Shown here piece after piece: positions 7,014 through 16,790 of a stretch of 30,506 bases of DNA (its first letter is position 1; the number at the start of each line of letters is the position of its first letter). This stretch comes from Dehalococcoidia bacterium. Lineage in GTDB: Bacteria; Chloroflexota; Dehalococcoidia; Lucifugimonadales; VXLM01. The stretch lies in assembly GCA_963662435.1 (NCBI GenBank), contig OY759598.1:682001-712506 (forward strand), in the 5' to 3' direction. A program made the translations under genes and the position numbers. The notes beneath the pieces were generated by a model. It saw only the letters and a list, made by a program, of their open reading frames with translations, searched no databases and was not told the DNA's origin.

Positions 7014-10000
7014 TCACCCGCCCTGAATATTTGATCCTACCGTCTCGATGTCCTCGGCGATCGCAATCCAGCCGTGGTCAAAAGTGAATGTTTGCCCCCT
7101 GCCCGCCGGGTCTTGGATGCGGAGGACTCGTGCTCTTTCCGGACTGCCAGCACGCTCAACGACATAGAGCCAGTATGATCTTCCGCGCTCTTGGGCGAAC
7201 TCAAATTGAGTTCGAGAGAGACCTACAGGACGGTCGAGGAGGGTGGCCTTCATCGCCTTGACTTCGACCCACCTCACCGGTCGGCCGTCGGAGCCAAGTT
7301 CCATCAGGTCGAATCCGGGGTTGTTCGTGGGCGTGCGCTTTAATTCAGGCTCGTCCCCGATGATTAATTCAATTGCCTTATCCTCAAGGCTCATGCGCTC
7401 TTCATGCGTCGCACCGTCTGGATCTGACTCGTTGCCTTCATCGTGGCTCACGGCTATGTATGAGACGAACTCCCGTGCTTGGGGAGGCAATTTGTCCTCC
7501 GCACGGCGAGATTCTGATTCAGTAGAGGTTTCCGTTTCGTCACCAGAAGCTGTATCGGAATGATACCCATCTCCAACATCGTCTCTCGAAGTCTCCAGGT
7601 CATCGAAGTCAGTCTCAAACCCTAACTGAGGTGCGGATTCCTGAAACGGCGGAGGCTCAGCAACAGTTGCATCGATCTGCGGGAACCCTAATTCGTTCAA
7701 GACGGTGGCGGCTTCATCGGTCGTGCTGGCTGCCAGCACTTCCTTCAGTCCTGCAGCGAAGAGTCCCGGGTCCTCTTGTGGGCAAAGTGCGATGGCCAAT
7801 TCACGAGCAAGAGGTGCCCACGGCACCTCTCCATTGGAATGCACAGCCCACAAGGAGTGTTCAGTGGGGTGATAGAGGGCCGAGGCTAATTCAGATGGAC
7901 TTGACCGATTGATCTCTAGAGCATTCAAGCGATACCGCAGCTCTATGGAAGCGGCCGACTTGCAATTGAGGTCGCTTAGCCTGCCCAATGCAACTTGAAC
8001 CTCGGTGGGTGCCATTTGACCGAAGAGCACGCGGGCAATTTCTCCATCGCGATGGAGCAACCGGTTCCTAGTGTCTGGGGCATCATCCGACTTCTCGATT
8101 CCCAGAACCTCTATCTGCACGGCAGAGCCAAGTTGTTGTACACCTGCTGCAAGAAATGCGCGCCCCGTCCCAAGCTGCTGGGGAATCACGTTCTTCACCA
8201 AGAGGTCTCCAAACTTATCTGCCAGCCCTACGCGGTTTTCAAAGAATAGCCAGGTAGGGTAGTAGAGCACATGAGACTTATTTGGGATGCTCTTCATCTT
8301 CCTCAGGCTATCAAACCAGCCATGATCTATAGCTTCCCCATCAAGCGCCTTTTCAAGCATCTGCCAACAACCGATGACTACTGCATATGCTTCATCGTCC
8401 AGTGGTCTGTTGAAGCCACTGAATTCTTCAGATATCTCATTGAGGACATCCAGCGCGTCTCCGTGGTCAGGGGAGTCGGTGACACCAATCTTCTCTAGCA
8501 GGCTCCCGTAGCCCCTGAGGTCTTCGGCCAAACGCCAGCGATAGTGACCAAAGGGATGATCTCCCCAAAAAACATGGTCTGGTGAACGGTATGCATCCCC
8601 AAGCCAGAGACACTTCGTAGACTTGAGCTCCTCAACGGCGGGATCGCCGGATTCGTCATCGAGGAAACGGTAGACCTGTGTGTTGACTGGTATGCATCGT
8701 TTGGCGCAATGGAGGAGGTGTCGAACTACGAGGGCTGGATCGGGATCAAGGTGGACTCCCAGAAACACCAAGAATTCGGAGTTGGGTGAAGGGACATCGA
8801 GGATTTTCCCCTGACTCTCGAATAGGTACGACCGGTACGGCGCATGCAGGGAGCTGGGGGCGTGCCATTTATTCCTATCCCGGCGGGCGGGAAGCCATCT
8901 CATACTCCGCAATTCCTCAAGTTCATCGGTCTCGTTCATAGTTCCAAATCGTTCGCTCAGGTGCGTGACGACTCTTTGCATGCGAATGACAGCTGCGTCC
9001 GAACAAGGCTCGTCCGAGATCTGTCTCACTTTTTGAGTGATGTCATTCAAACGGGGAACGCTTGCTACTCCAAGCCAATCCAACAGCCGCTGAACGGACG
9101 CTTCCCGCTCCTTTGGAAGTATGGCTATTGGGGCATTATCGCCCAGAACCTCTTGCACGATGCTAGTTTCGAAGTAGCATTCGCTGGGGCGGCGGTACTT
9201 CCTATCTCCACAGATGACAAAGCGGGCTGACGATAGTGTCTGATGCACCCGGTCATCGTCTATCAATTCGCCAAATCGGTCGGCCAAGAGAATCACAGCC
9301 TCGCGTCTGACCGCCGGATCTAGAGCTTCATCTTCTATTGCGTGGGAAAGATGCTCCAACACATAAGTGCGGAAGTCTAGTTGAGTGGCACCAAGGTCAA
9401 GAAGGAACTGCCTCCTCCCGCCTAGCGCCTCCACATCAACAAGGCTGGTCAAGCCAAGGGGATCCTTGAACCCTCCGGGCAAGACTAGGCTGGGCAGATC
9501 ATGCAACTGTCCAGCGCTAGGGTAGATCCTAAGGGCGGACAACCTCCTGAGAGTATCGTCGTCGTCCATAATCTGCTTCCGTTGGTTCTCGAACCACGAA
9601 ATCAACTTTGGGAGGGAGAAGCGCCCTTCTTGCCATAGCCGCAGAATGGCTTGGGGGTCACTTTCTTCAAGCACCAGGACGGCATCCTCTGCTTCAAATG
9701 CACTGCAGAGATGGTTGAGGCTTAAAAAAGCCTTTTCCACGTGGTCGAGGAATGGGATATCTAACCCTAAGGGCGTAAACAGTTGGACAGTGGCCGCATC
9801 GGCAGAATATACGTCACGGCAAGGCCTGAGCGACCTGTCACGAGATGGAGCGAGGGAGGTGGCCCGGAGAAGTTCCTCGTCAGCACGCCGAGTACGAGGA
9901 GTTCTACCTTGCCGCTCGAGCAACATAGCGATCTCGTTCCACAGTGCTGCTCGTCCCGCTCCCGACGCGAGACAAGGCGGAAGATCATTAAGGCAAACTG

Positions 10001-11414
10001 GCTTGTCCAACCCATTTCTTGTGAGTGCCGAGCACAGGGTTTCCACGTCGAGGACAGGGACTCCGATAGATCGGAGTAACGCCTGATAAGGTCTCAAAAA
10101 CTCCGCAACCAGCTTGATCCCCAGGCCTTCTAGCACGGCGATATTGTCAGTTTCCTCGCGCTGGAGGAGAAGCGACACCCCGCTGTCCGCGCTGGTCCAA
10201 GTTCCTGAGGAGGTGAAGACTACGGCTTCTTTCTTGAGAGCCTCATGCAAGGCATCCCAGAATTCCCGCCACACACCATCGCGGCCGTCCCTATCAGTGC
10301 TCTGAGCTAGCATATTCAGACTTGAAGCAAGATGCCAAAACCGCTCAGGACCAAGCATTGTCGTCAGTTGTGGTGTTGCTCTGGCTACTGTCCGCGTGGC
10401 TGCCAGTAGGGCCTCGCGATTCCATTGGGACTGATAGTCATTTCCGAGAATGACATGCTTCCTGTCATTGCTAGGAAAGAAGTCTGCGTTGATATGAAAG
10501 GGCAGCCCTGTGTTCTCCTCAGTCGGCAAGCATGCGCACAACATTCCGGCACTCAATTCGCCTTGAACGGGTAGAGCGACCACTACTTCAGCAGAACGTT
10601 TATCCTCAATACGTGCTGGGTGTTGGACACGCAGGCCCTCGGCAGCTTCTTCAAAGTTGCCACGAAGGAGGTGCCATAGACGATCGTCAGAGGAGCCTCC
10701 CTGACTGATAATGACCCTGTCATCCTCCATTACCCTCTCGAACGTTTGCCGCGATTGCCCGCCGCACCTAAGTCTAATCTCGCCGAGATTCTTCAGGAAG
10801 AGCATCGCTACCGGAAGGGATCCTTCAAGTTCCTCCAGCAGCCGCTCAGTAACGTTCTCAGGTGCTGGTTCGGCTCTTAGTGCCCGTCTCAGAGTTGACT
10901 GTTCATCGCGAGCGAACGGAAATATGAACCTCGTTCCGGGTAGATCAGGGAGAACGCAGCGGGGACAGCCACGGCAAACCGCAATTCGCTCTGCCTCGTT
11001 CCGGTCTTCGCGCAGAGTCCAGTGGTACCCAGCGGAAATCAGTTCGGGCTGGTCCGTCAATTGATAAACGGAGATGAAACCTATGCCAAACGCGCCAGTC
11101 GTACCCTTTTGAAGACGCTTGTCACCTGAGCCGATCAGACGGAAGCGATGGAAATCGCACCTGTGAGAATCGTTGCCAGTGTCCCTCCAAAGACATTCGG
11201 GAGACCTTAGATCTCCACATTCGGAAAAAACACCATTGTTATCAACTACAAGAGCGTCCTCCCGAATGTCGAAGCTCATCCAACTTGCAGGCGCATCGTC
11301 TGCATTTTGGATGAGTTCGTTGGCTAGGGTCCCATACCCCTGTAGGTCTCGTAGTTTCGCGCCAAGGTCGCCAAGATAGTCGATGCTCCTCGGTAGAAAA
11401 TCTGAATTATCCAT
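7014..11414 (-). CDS. Sacsin-like GHKL ATPase with a C-terminal DUF3883-type PD-(D/E)xK nuclease, 1466 aa
   Basis: ELIQNADDA, VDNNG, TTGAFGIGFISVY, PGTRFIFP, GLPFHINADFFPSNDRK; C-terminal NNPGFDL..WVEVKA..LSRTQFEFA..YWLYVVE. Confidence 0.85.
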   Translation of the reverse strand: MDNSDFLPRSIDYLGDLGAKLRDLQGYGTLANELIQNADDAPASWMSFDIREDALVVDNNGVFSECGDLRSPECLWRDTGNDSHRCDFHRFRLIGSGDKRLQKGTTGAFGIGFISVYQLTDQPELISAGYHWTLREDRNEAERIAVCRGCPRCVLPDLPGTRFIFPFARDEQSTLRRALRAEPAPENVTERLLEELEGSLPVAMLFLKNLGEIRLRCGGQSRQTFERVMEDDRVIISQGGSSDDRLWHLLRGNFEEAAEGLRVQHPARIEDKRSAEVVVALPVQGELSAGMLCACLPTEENTGLPFHINADFFPSNDRKHVILGNDYQSQWNREALLAATRTVARATPQLTTMLGPERFWHLASSLNMLAQSTDRDGRDGVWREFWDALHEALKKEAVVFTSSGTWTSADSGVSLLLQREETDNIAVLEGLGIKLVAEFLRPYQALLRSIGVPVLDVETLCSALTRNGLDKPVCLNDLPPCLASGAGRAALWNEIAMLLERQGRTPRTRRADEELLRATSLAPSRDRSLRPCRDVYSADAATVQLFTPLGLDIPFLDHVEKAFLSLNHLCSAFEAEDAVLVLEESDPQAILRLWQEGRFSLPKLISWFENQRKQIMDDDDTLRRLSALRIYPSAGQLHDLPSLVLPGGFKDPLGLTSLVDVEALGGRRQFLLDLGATQLDFRTYVLEHLSHAIEDEALDPAVRREAVILLADRFGELIDDDRVHQTLSSARFVICGDRKYRRPSECYFETSIVQEVLGDNAPIAILPKEREASVQRLLDWLGVASVPRLNDITQKVRQISDEPCSDAAVIRMQRVVTHLSERFGTMNETDELEELRSMRWLPARRDRNKWHAPSSLHAPYRSYLFESQGKILDVPSPNSEFLVFLGVHLDPDPALVVRHLLHCAKRCIPVNTQVYRFLDDESGDPAVEELKSTKCLWLGDAYRSPDHVFWGDHPFGHYRWRLAEDLRGYGSLLEKIGVTDSPDHGDALDVLNEISEEFSGFNRPLDDEAYAVVIGCWQMLEKALDGEAIDHGWFDSLRKMKSIPNKSHVLYYPTWLFFENRVGLADKFGDLLVKNVIPQQLGTGRAFLAAGVQQLGSAVQIEVLGIEKSDDAPDTRNRLLHRDGEIARVLFGQMAPTEVQVALGRLSDLNCKSAASIELRYRLNALEINRSSPSELASALYHPTEHSLWAVHSNGEVPWAPLARELAIALCPQEDPGLFAAGLKEVLAASTTDEAATVLNELGFPQIDATVAEPPPFQESAPQLGFETDFDDLETSRDDVGDGYHSDTASGDETETSTESESRRAEDKLPPQAREFVSYIAVSHDEGNESDPDGATHEERMSLEDKAIELIIGDEPELKRTPTNNPGFDLMELGSDGRPVRWVEVKAMKATLLDRPVGLSRTQFEFAQERGRSYWLYVVERAGSPERARVLRIQDPAGRGQTFTFDHGWIAIAEDIETVGSNIQGG

Positions 11415-12504
11415 TTATTGCCCACAAGTCGAACTCTCTCTGCGCCGTAGAAGTTACTCCAAAATTGTCAGCCTGGCGTTTCCCCATGGAAGCTGATCCC
11501 GCGTCGGTTCGTGTCTGGACTCGCCAGCCCGTTCCCGAAAGAGACTCCCGCAGAATCTCAAGCGCATTAGCCTTCCGATCTGATATCTGTCCAAATCGTA
11601 CAACCATTCGAGCTCCCGCTCGGCAGACACTTGCACAATTCCCCCACACGCGGGAAAGCTGGTGGGCAAAGCTCTCTGGGCTTTCGTGGATTAGTTGATC
11701 CTGTTGGGAGTAATCGACTGTGTCTGGTCCTCCCAGAAACCATAGCCTAAGCCATTGATCTGGTCTGTAAGTCCTTAGGCCATAGTAGGGAGGCGAGGTG
11801 ACTACCCAATCGAATGTACATCCCTCGAGTTTCTTCCGGAACATGTCCCCATCCCGGCTGTCGCCGAGCAGAACCTGAGACTTAACATCCGGAAGGACCT
11901 CGGCATAGTATCTACGCGCCCGGCGCGCCACAAGCTCTCGTATATCCACAGCCTGAGGGCTGAGACCGTGCTCCCGCCAGTAAGTGACCGCATAACGTGG
12001 CTTGGGAGAGTAGGTTCGCGGACACTGGTTGGACAAGTAGGAGGGTGTTCCCTTACTGGCTGGCCCGTGTAGAGCCCCGAGCAAAATCGCTCGGAGGGCC
12101 ACTCTGGCCGCTGACCGGCAATCCCGCTTCAGAGCAGTCCGTAATCGCGACATTGCAACTAGGGTGTCTCTTTCGAAGGCGAGTTCCCAGAATTCCCCAT
12201 TTGGCACTTCATCGACTTCCTTAGTCTCGCTGAGGATGCGATCCAAGGCCTTCATAATGGCTGCGGGATCCGTAGTCACCATCTTGGCTTCGGTCAAAGC
12301 GGCCGCAAGTGGGTGACTATCGATCCCTACACTTGACAATCCTCTCAGACGGGCCGCTAGATTGGTCGTCCCCCGACCACAAAAGGGGTCTAGTATCTCG
12401 GCCCTAGGTCCTGACTCACGTGCCAAGACTCTCAGCGGGAAGCCAAGTGGGAACATCGTGAAGTATGGGCAAACCGCATTTAGGGCCGCGTTCAATGTTT
12501 TCAT
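11407..12504 (-). CDS. Amino DNA methyltransferase, alpha-class motif order, probably m4C
   Basis: Motif I (LDPFCGRGTT) near the N-terminus, motif IV (VTSPPYY) later; SPPY is typical of N4-cytosine MTases. Overlaps both neighbouring genes. Confidence 0.85.
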   Translation of the reverse strand: MKTLNAALNAVCPYFTMFPLGFPLRVLARESGPRAEILDPFCGRGTTNLAARLRGLSSVGIDSHPLAAALTEAKMVTTDPAAIMKALDRILSETKEVDEVPNGEFWELAFERDTLVAMSRLRTALKRDCRSAARVALRAILLGALHGPASKGTPSYLSNQCPRTYSPKPRYAVTYWREHGLSPQAVDIRELVARRARRYYAEVLPDVKSQVLLGDSRDGDMFRKKLEGCTFDWVVTSPPYYGLRTYRPDQWLRLWFLGGPDTVDYSQQDQLIHESPESFAHQLSRVWGNCASVCRAGARMVVRFGQISDRKANALEILRESLSGTGWRVQTRTDAGSASMGKRQADNFGVTSTAQREFDLWAING

Positions 12505-14603
12505 GACCTAGCTATGACTCGAACCCACGTGGAAGCTCTTCCCTCGGGAGTGTAGGATTCCCATCCCTGAGGACCGAACAGTTCATCCAGAACCTTGGGA
12601 ACTTGGCGGAAAGCGAATTGTTTCCGATCGTCTAGGTCCTCCGGAAGGACTCCCTCGAAGAACGCATTGAGCTCTCCCCATGCCACACCATCCGCTCCCC
12701 TGACTCGATCTAGGATCTCACTTTCCCGAAGCGCCTGGGTAGCTTGCAGTTGCAAAGTACGCAGTACGTCGGCTGGTGCGGCCTCACCCTGCAGGCCACT
12801 TCCGTCAACGCTTGTGTCAGGCGCTGTCCCATCTCCCCGAGCACCGGGTGTACCTGGAGACACAATCCTAGCGATCCGTTCGCGAAGTCTCCTAGCATAA
12901 GTAGCAGCCGGCTGTCGATTGTATTCCGGGTCTACCATCCGGTATCGACTCTCGAAGGAAAGCACCCTAAGCGGGACGGGGTATTGTTTTCCGCCTACGG
13001 AACTCCAGAAGACACCCTGCCCTGGTATAGGCTCATTTAACAGTGCGCTCAGGAGATCCTGACCGAAGTGCGCGTTCGCAGCTCGTACATTTGAAAGATC
13101 TCCGGCCGACAGTAGGTGAAAGAGGAACCAATTGTCGCCCTGACTCAGAATCTCATTGGGGATACTGCCGGGCTGCTGCGTAACCAAGACTGCTCCAAGA
13201 TCATACTTTCGGCCTTCCTTCACCCATTGGATGTATGGCTCGGCGGCCGTCGCCTTCTCATTCAAGACAGCCTGAGCTTCTTCCACTACGGCGATAGTAG
13301 GAATTGTCTGAGGATCAGCCGAGGTGAATTCCTCTTGATTTCGGTCAAATATGCGGCGCAGCACCAGTCCCGACAATACGAGGGCCTGTCCACCAGACAA
13401 CTGGGACACGTCGACCACGCACAGCTTTCCATCGGCTAAGGCTGCCATAATCATGTCCATTAATTGACTTGCTGGGTCATGAAGCATGCGAACGATCCTC
13501 GTGGTGTTTGCTCTAGCTGCTATGGCCTCAACTTCCTGGCCAGGCTCCAGCCGGAGCAGACTCCTTATGCGATCAAGCGAAGCGTCGTTGCCGGAGGCGT
13601 GCACCAAGTCGACTAACTCTTCCCAGTTCTGTTGGTTCATGCCACGCAGCTTTAGGACGTTCTGTTGCTCCTGCCGTTCTGGAGAGAGAGCTATAGCAAC
13701 TACGTCGCTGGGTCGTAGTCTTCTGATGTCCAGTCGTATTCCACTCGCAACAAAGGACTGGTAGAACGGACTTGGGTTGTGCCTAGAGGTGAATACAACC
13801 AGATGCTCTTCCATGGCAGGGACGTCGCAAAAGCCGGGCCTGCCCCTGTCGTCCGGCCAAAAGTACTCGCCATCCGGATCAAATAGGATTGTGCCCACTG
13901 GGACTCGACGTCCTTGCCTTTTTTCCACTGTAGGAGTTTCAGCATAGAGGCTACTGAACAATAGCTTGTTAAGATTTGACTTGCCGAATCCGGCGCGAGC
14001 GAATATGAAACTTCTCCGTGACACCAGGCTTTCTACCGCAAAGTTCACCCGCACATCGTCCGGCTGAACCTGCATCCAGCTCTCCGTAGCCAGGGAATGC
14101 GGCCCGTAAAAGTACTCACCTAAGGCAAAATGCCCGATCGTTGCTCCCTTTACATTGTGTCCCACGATCTCTCTGAGAACTTCCTCTGACGGAAATGCCA
14201 CAGGGCTGCCGACATGAGGAAGCCGACGGTGTGAGGCTACGAAGTTGAGGCCCTGGTCAGTCGACCGCAGAACCCCCAGCACTCTGATGTTGATTCGGTA
14301 CCGCAAGTACTGCTCTCTGAGGTCCTCTGGAATAGGACGCCCATCTCGGACCGCTCTGATATTAAACTCCTCTCCGGATCCGGATGAGAGCTTGCCTTCA
14401 GAGGAAAGCGATGCAATTCGTCCGAGAATGGCTTCGTCTGGTGTTTCCAATTGAACCATGAGGAACTGGCCATGCATCGGGATGCTCTGAAATTCTTGAC
14501 GGTAGGGCAAAGCCAAGTCGGCGTGGAACTCCATTCCGCCTTCTCTGAATCCACGGAAGACACCCACAATCCGTTCTGACGGGAATAGCTGCGCTGCTGT
14601 CAT
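12501..14603 (-). CDS. herA: HerA/FtsK-family ATPase (DUF87)
   Basis: Walker A ARAGFGKS, FDPDGEY, Walker B AVVEEAQ, arginine finger KEGRKYDLG, VTQQP. The ATG at 14603 lies 4 nt after the NurA stop. Confidence 0.88.
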   Translation of the reverse strand: MTAAQLFPSERIVGVFRGFREGGMEFHADLALPYRQEFQSIPMHGQFLMVQLETPDEAILGRIASLSSEGKLSSGSGEEFNIRAVRDGRPIPEDLREQYLRYRINIRVLGVLRSTDQGLNFVASHRRLPHVGSPVAFPSEEVLREIVGHNVKGATIGHFALGEYFYGPHSLATESWMQVQPDDVRVNFAVESLVSRRSFIFARAGFGKSNLNKLLFSSLYAETPTVEKRQGRRVPVGTILFDPDGEYFWPDDRGRPGFCDVPAMEEHLVVFTSRHNPSPFYQSFVASGIRLDIRRLRPSDVVAIALSPERQEQQNVLKLRGMNQQNWEELVDLVHASGNDASLDRIRSLLRLEPGQEVEAIAARANTTRIVRMLHDPASQLMDMIMAALADGKLCVVDVSQLSGGQALVLSGLVLRRIFDRNQEEFTSADPQTIPTIAVVEEAQAVLNEKATAAEPYIQWVKEGRKYDLGAVLVTQQPGSIPNEILSQGDNWFLFHLLSAGDLSNVRAANAHFGQDLLSALLNEPIPGQGVFWSSVGGKQYPVPLRVLSFESRYRMVDPEYNRQPAATYARRLRERIARIVSPGTPGARGDGTAPDTSVDGSGLQGEAAPADVLRTLQLQATQALRESEILDRVRGADGVAWGELNAFFEGVLPEDLDDRKQFAFRQVPKVLDELFGPQGWESYTPEGRASTWVRVIARS

Positions 14604-14607
14604 TGTC

Positions 14608-15750
14608 CTAGTACCGCCTCTGCGTAATGTCGGAATCCTGCAATTGGAACTCATCCAGTCTTTGCGAATGTGAGCCTAGTGCTTCGCGCAACCCTGCGAA
14701 GACCTCGTCTTGCAGAATGTCGAAGTCAAAGTCTACTAGTGCAGCGTTCTCGTGAGCCTTCTGCAGGCACCTGGGATAGAATGGGATAGGAAATCCATCT
14801 GTCGCATCGGCAAGCAGGCATCCAAGAACAGTCTGTGCCTCTTCTTGCTGAGGGAGGAAGACGTCAACAGGCCATATGGGATCTCTCGGACCCGCTCCGA
14901 ACTTCACAAAGAACATCTTGCCCGCGACGAACCTGTTGATCTCCCCTCCTTCTGTCACTCTGTCATCACCCCTTGCGTACTCAGACCAAACGTATGCCCG
15001 CTCTTCCAGGTCGCGTGGCACTTGGGTGTAGGCCGGGTAGCCAGTTGTCAATATGTTTTCTAGTACCATTGCCAAACGGTAGCGGTCCAATACCTTGGAG
15101 TGCTTAGCTATGCCAACTAGGTATACCCGCCTGCGCCGATTACTCCAATGGTGCTTAATGGCTTCGTTGAATCCATCACTCAGTCTGGCGAACAAATCCC
15201 CCGCGAAGACTTTGCTCCTCAGGAGGCCGTCACACACTATGATCGTGTCGGTCCCGAAGTCCTTGTCTCGCAGTATGCTGAAGAGCACTGCCCATTCCAT
15301 CAACTCACGGTAAACTTGAACCCAACTTGGACTAGTGGGACGATCATCATCATTCCGCCGGATCATGTGACTTAGTTTTGTGAGGTCCTGGACGTCCAAG
15401 AAGGCCATCAGACGTCCTAGAGGTGTGCGGGGCCCGCCAGCCCTATCGAATTGCATTCGACTAAGCTCGGTGACGTTAGTTGTTGGCGTTATAGCTTCCA
15501 GGCAGTATTCATTGTTGCTGGAGTCAACGACGCGCACTAACTGGACAAGGAAGGGGTCAAACTGTATGCGATTGTTTCCTCCGTCCGTTCCTACGAGTGA
15601 AATCGAGGTGGTCGTGCGGGGCATTATTCTCCGGACCGTTGCCTTAAGCGGCCTCACTTCACCCCTGAGGCTCTCCAAGACACGCATATCTTGGCCAATC
15701 TGCTTCTGAATTTCTGCCCTCAGGGCAGCATGGCTCTTTGGGTCTAACAT
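14608..15750 (-). CDS. nurA: NurA-like nuclease (RNase H fold)
   Basis: LVGTDGG, IIVCDGLL, LVGIAKHS, YPRCLQKAHENA; directly upstream of HerA. Confidence 0.8.
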   Translation of the reverse strand: MLDPKSHAALRAEIQKQIGQDMRVLESLRGEVRPLKATVRRIMPRTTTSISLVGTDGGNNRIQFDPFLVQLVRVVDSSNNEYCLEAITPTTNVTELSRMQFDRAGGPRTPLGRLMAFLDVQDLTKLSHMIRRNDDDRPTSPSWVQVYRELMEWAVLFSILRDKDFGTDTIIVCDGLLRSKVFAGDLFARLSDGFNEAIKHHWSNRRRRVYLVGIAKHSKVLDRYRLAMVLENILTTGYPAYTQVPRDLEERAYVWSEYARGDDRVTEGGEINRFVAGKMFFVKFGAGPRDPIWPVDVFLPQQEEAQTVLGCLLADATDGFPIPFYPRCLQKAHENAALVDFDFDILQDEVFAGLREALGSHSQRLDEFQLQDSDITQRRY

Positions 15751-16177
15751 AGGGTGTACTGTTCTGTTGATCTCCCAGCGATGTGTTCAGCCGCTTTGCG
15801 TTCAAGTAATGGAGGTGAAGATGACCGACTTACGAATGAGCAGTGCTCTTGCAATTGGAGGCTCACACTCAATAGTCTGCATCAGCCATTCTCGCGATCC
15901 TGTACACATAAGGGTCCCTCTAACTTGGAGTGTTGGGCCTCGCCGCATGGATTGTGGCCAAACCAGTTCGTGAAGTCAACATTGGCCGAGCGGGCGTACC
16001 GGCCTGGCCAACCAGGGCCGGGAGGTAACTCAATGGCTGAAAAACAACCCAGGGTGATCTACGGCATTGCCTCCTCTCTACATACGTAGTCCCCACGATC
16101 TTTACATGGAGACTCATTGGACTACTGGCCCAAAAGTAGTTTGGCGCATCCAAAATACCCAAGCCCCAGGAGAACTT

Positions 16178-16483
16178 ATGCCCGGAACAAAATGCTTACG
16201 ATGCGGATTCACTCCAGTCATCATCCTTTGCCTTGATTGTGACATACAAACTTGCTCCCCATGCCACACTACTTGCCGTGGAAAGTTCGAGGGGTACCCC
16301 TCTCTAGCTGCATGGTGCGTGACCTGTAAGGCGGTCGTTGATATGCGGCCGACCTGCACCAAGTACCAACAAAGAAGGGTAGGGTGCTCTTACCTCCACT
16401 ACCAGAATCTTGCTGAAATCCCGTCCTATTCGTCGCAAACGGTGTTTGCGCTTGGGGAGAAAAGGCGGTTTTTACGACCGTAG
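16178..16483 (+). CDS. Putative small Cys-rich zinc-finger protein (101 aa)
   Basis: AGGAGA RBS before the ATG at 16178; CLRC-x8-CLDC-x4-CSPCH, later WCVTC. Confidence 0.3.
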   Translation: MPGTKCLRCGFTPVIILCLDCDIQTCSPCHTTCRGKFEGYPSLAAWCVTCKAVVDMRPTCTKYQQRRVGCSYLHYQNLAEIPSYSSQTVFALGEKRRFLRP

Positions 16484-16790
16484 GACGCCCGAAGGGCCTG
16501 AAGCCCTTTCTCATCCAGCAATCGAACAGCGTGATCCACTATGTCTACGCACACGCCCTGAACGAGGTCGAGACCGAGACCGGCTTGGTTGTTGTCCTTC
16601 AACTCGTGGGGGGCCGCATTCCCGCTACAATCGTCTTGCCACTTTCCGTAAGGTCATCGCCTTTGGGAATTTGGAGATGCTAAGCGAAGAGGAGCGGGAG
16701 ACATGGGAATTTCGGACACCCGCAGAGGTCAAGGAGAACCTTCGGGCCTTCCTGGACGGCGCAGAGGCCGCGCAAGAATAGAGGCAGGAC

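Noticed and set aside
16410..16781. 123-aa ORF
   Set aside because: Only the last 50 or so residues look protein-like; probably a 3' remnant that I cannot assign.
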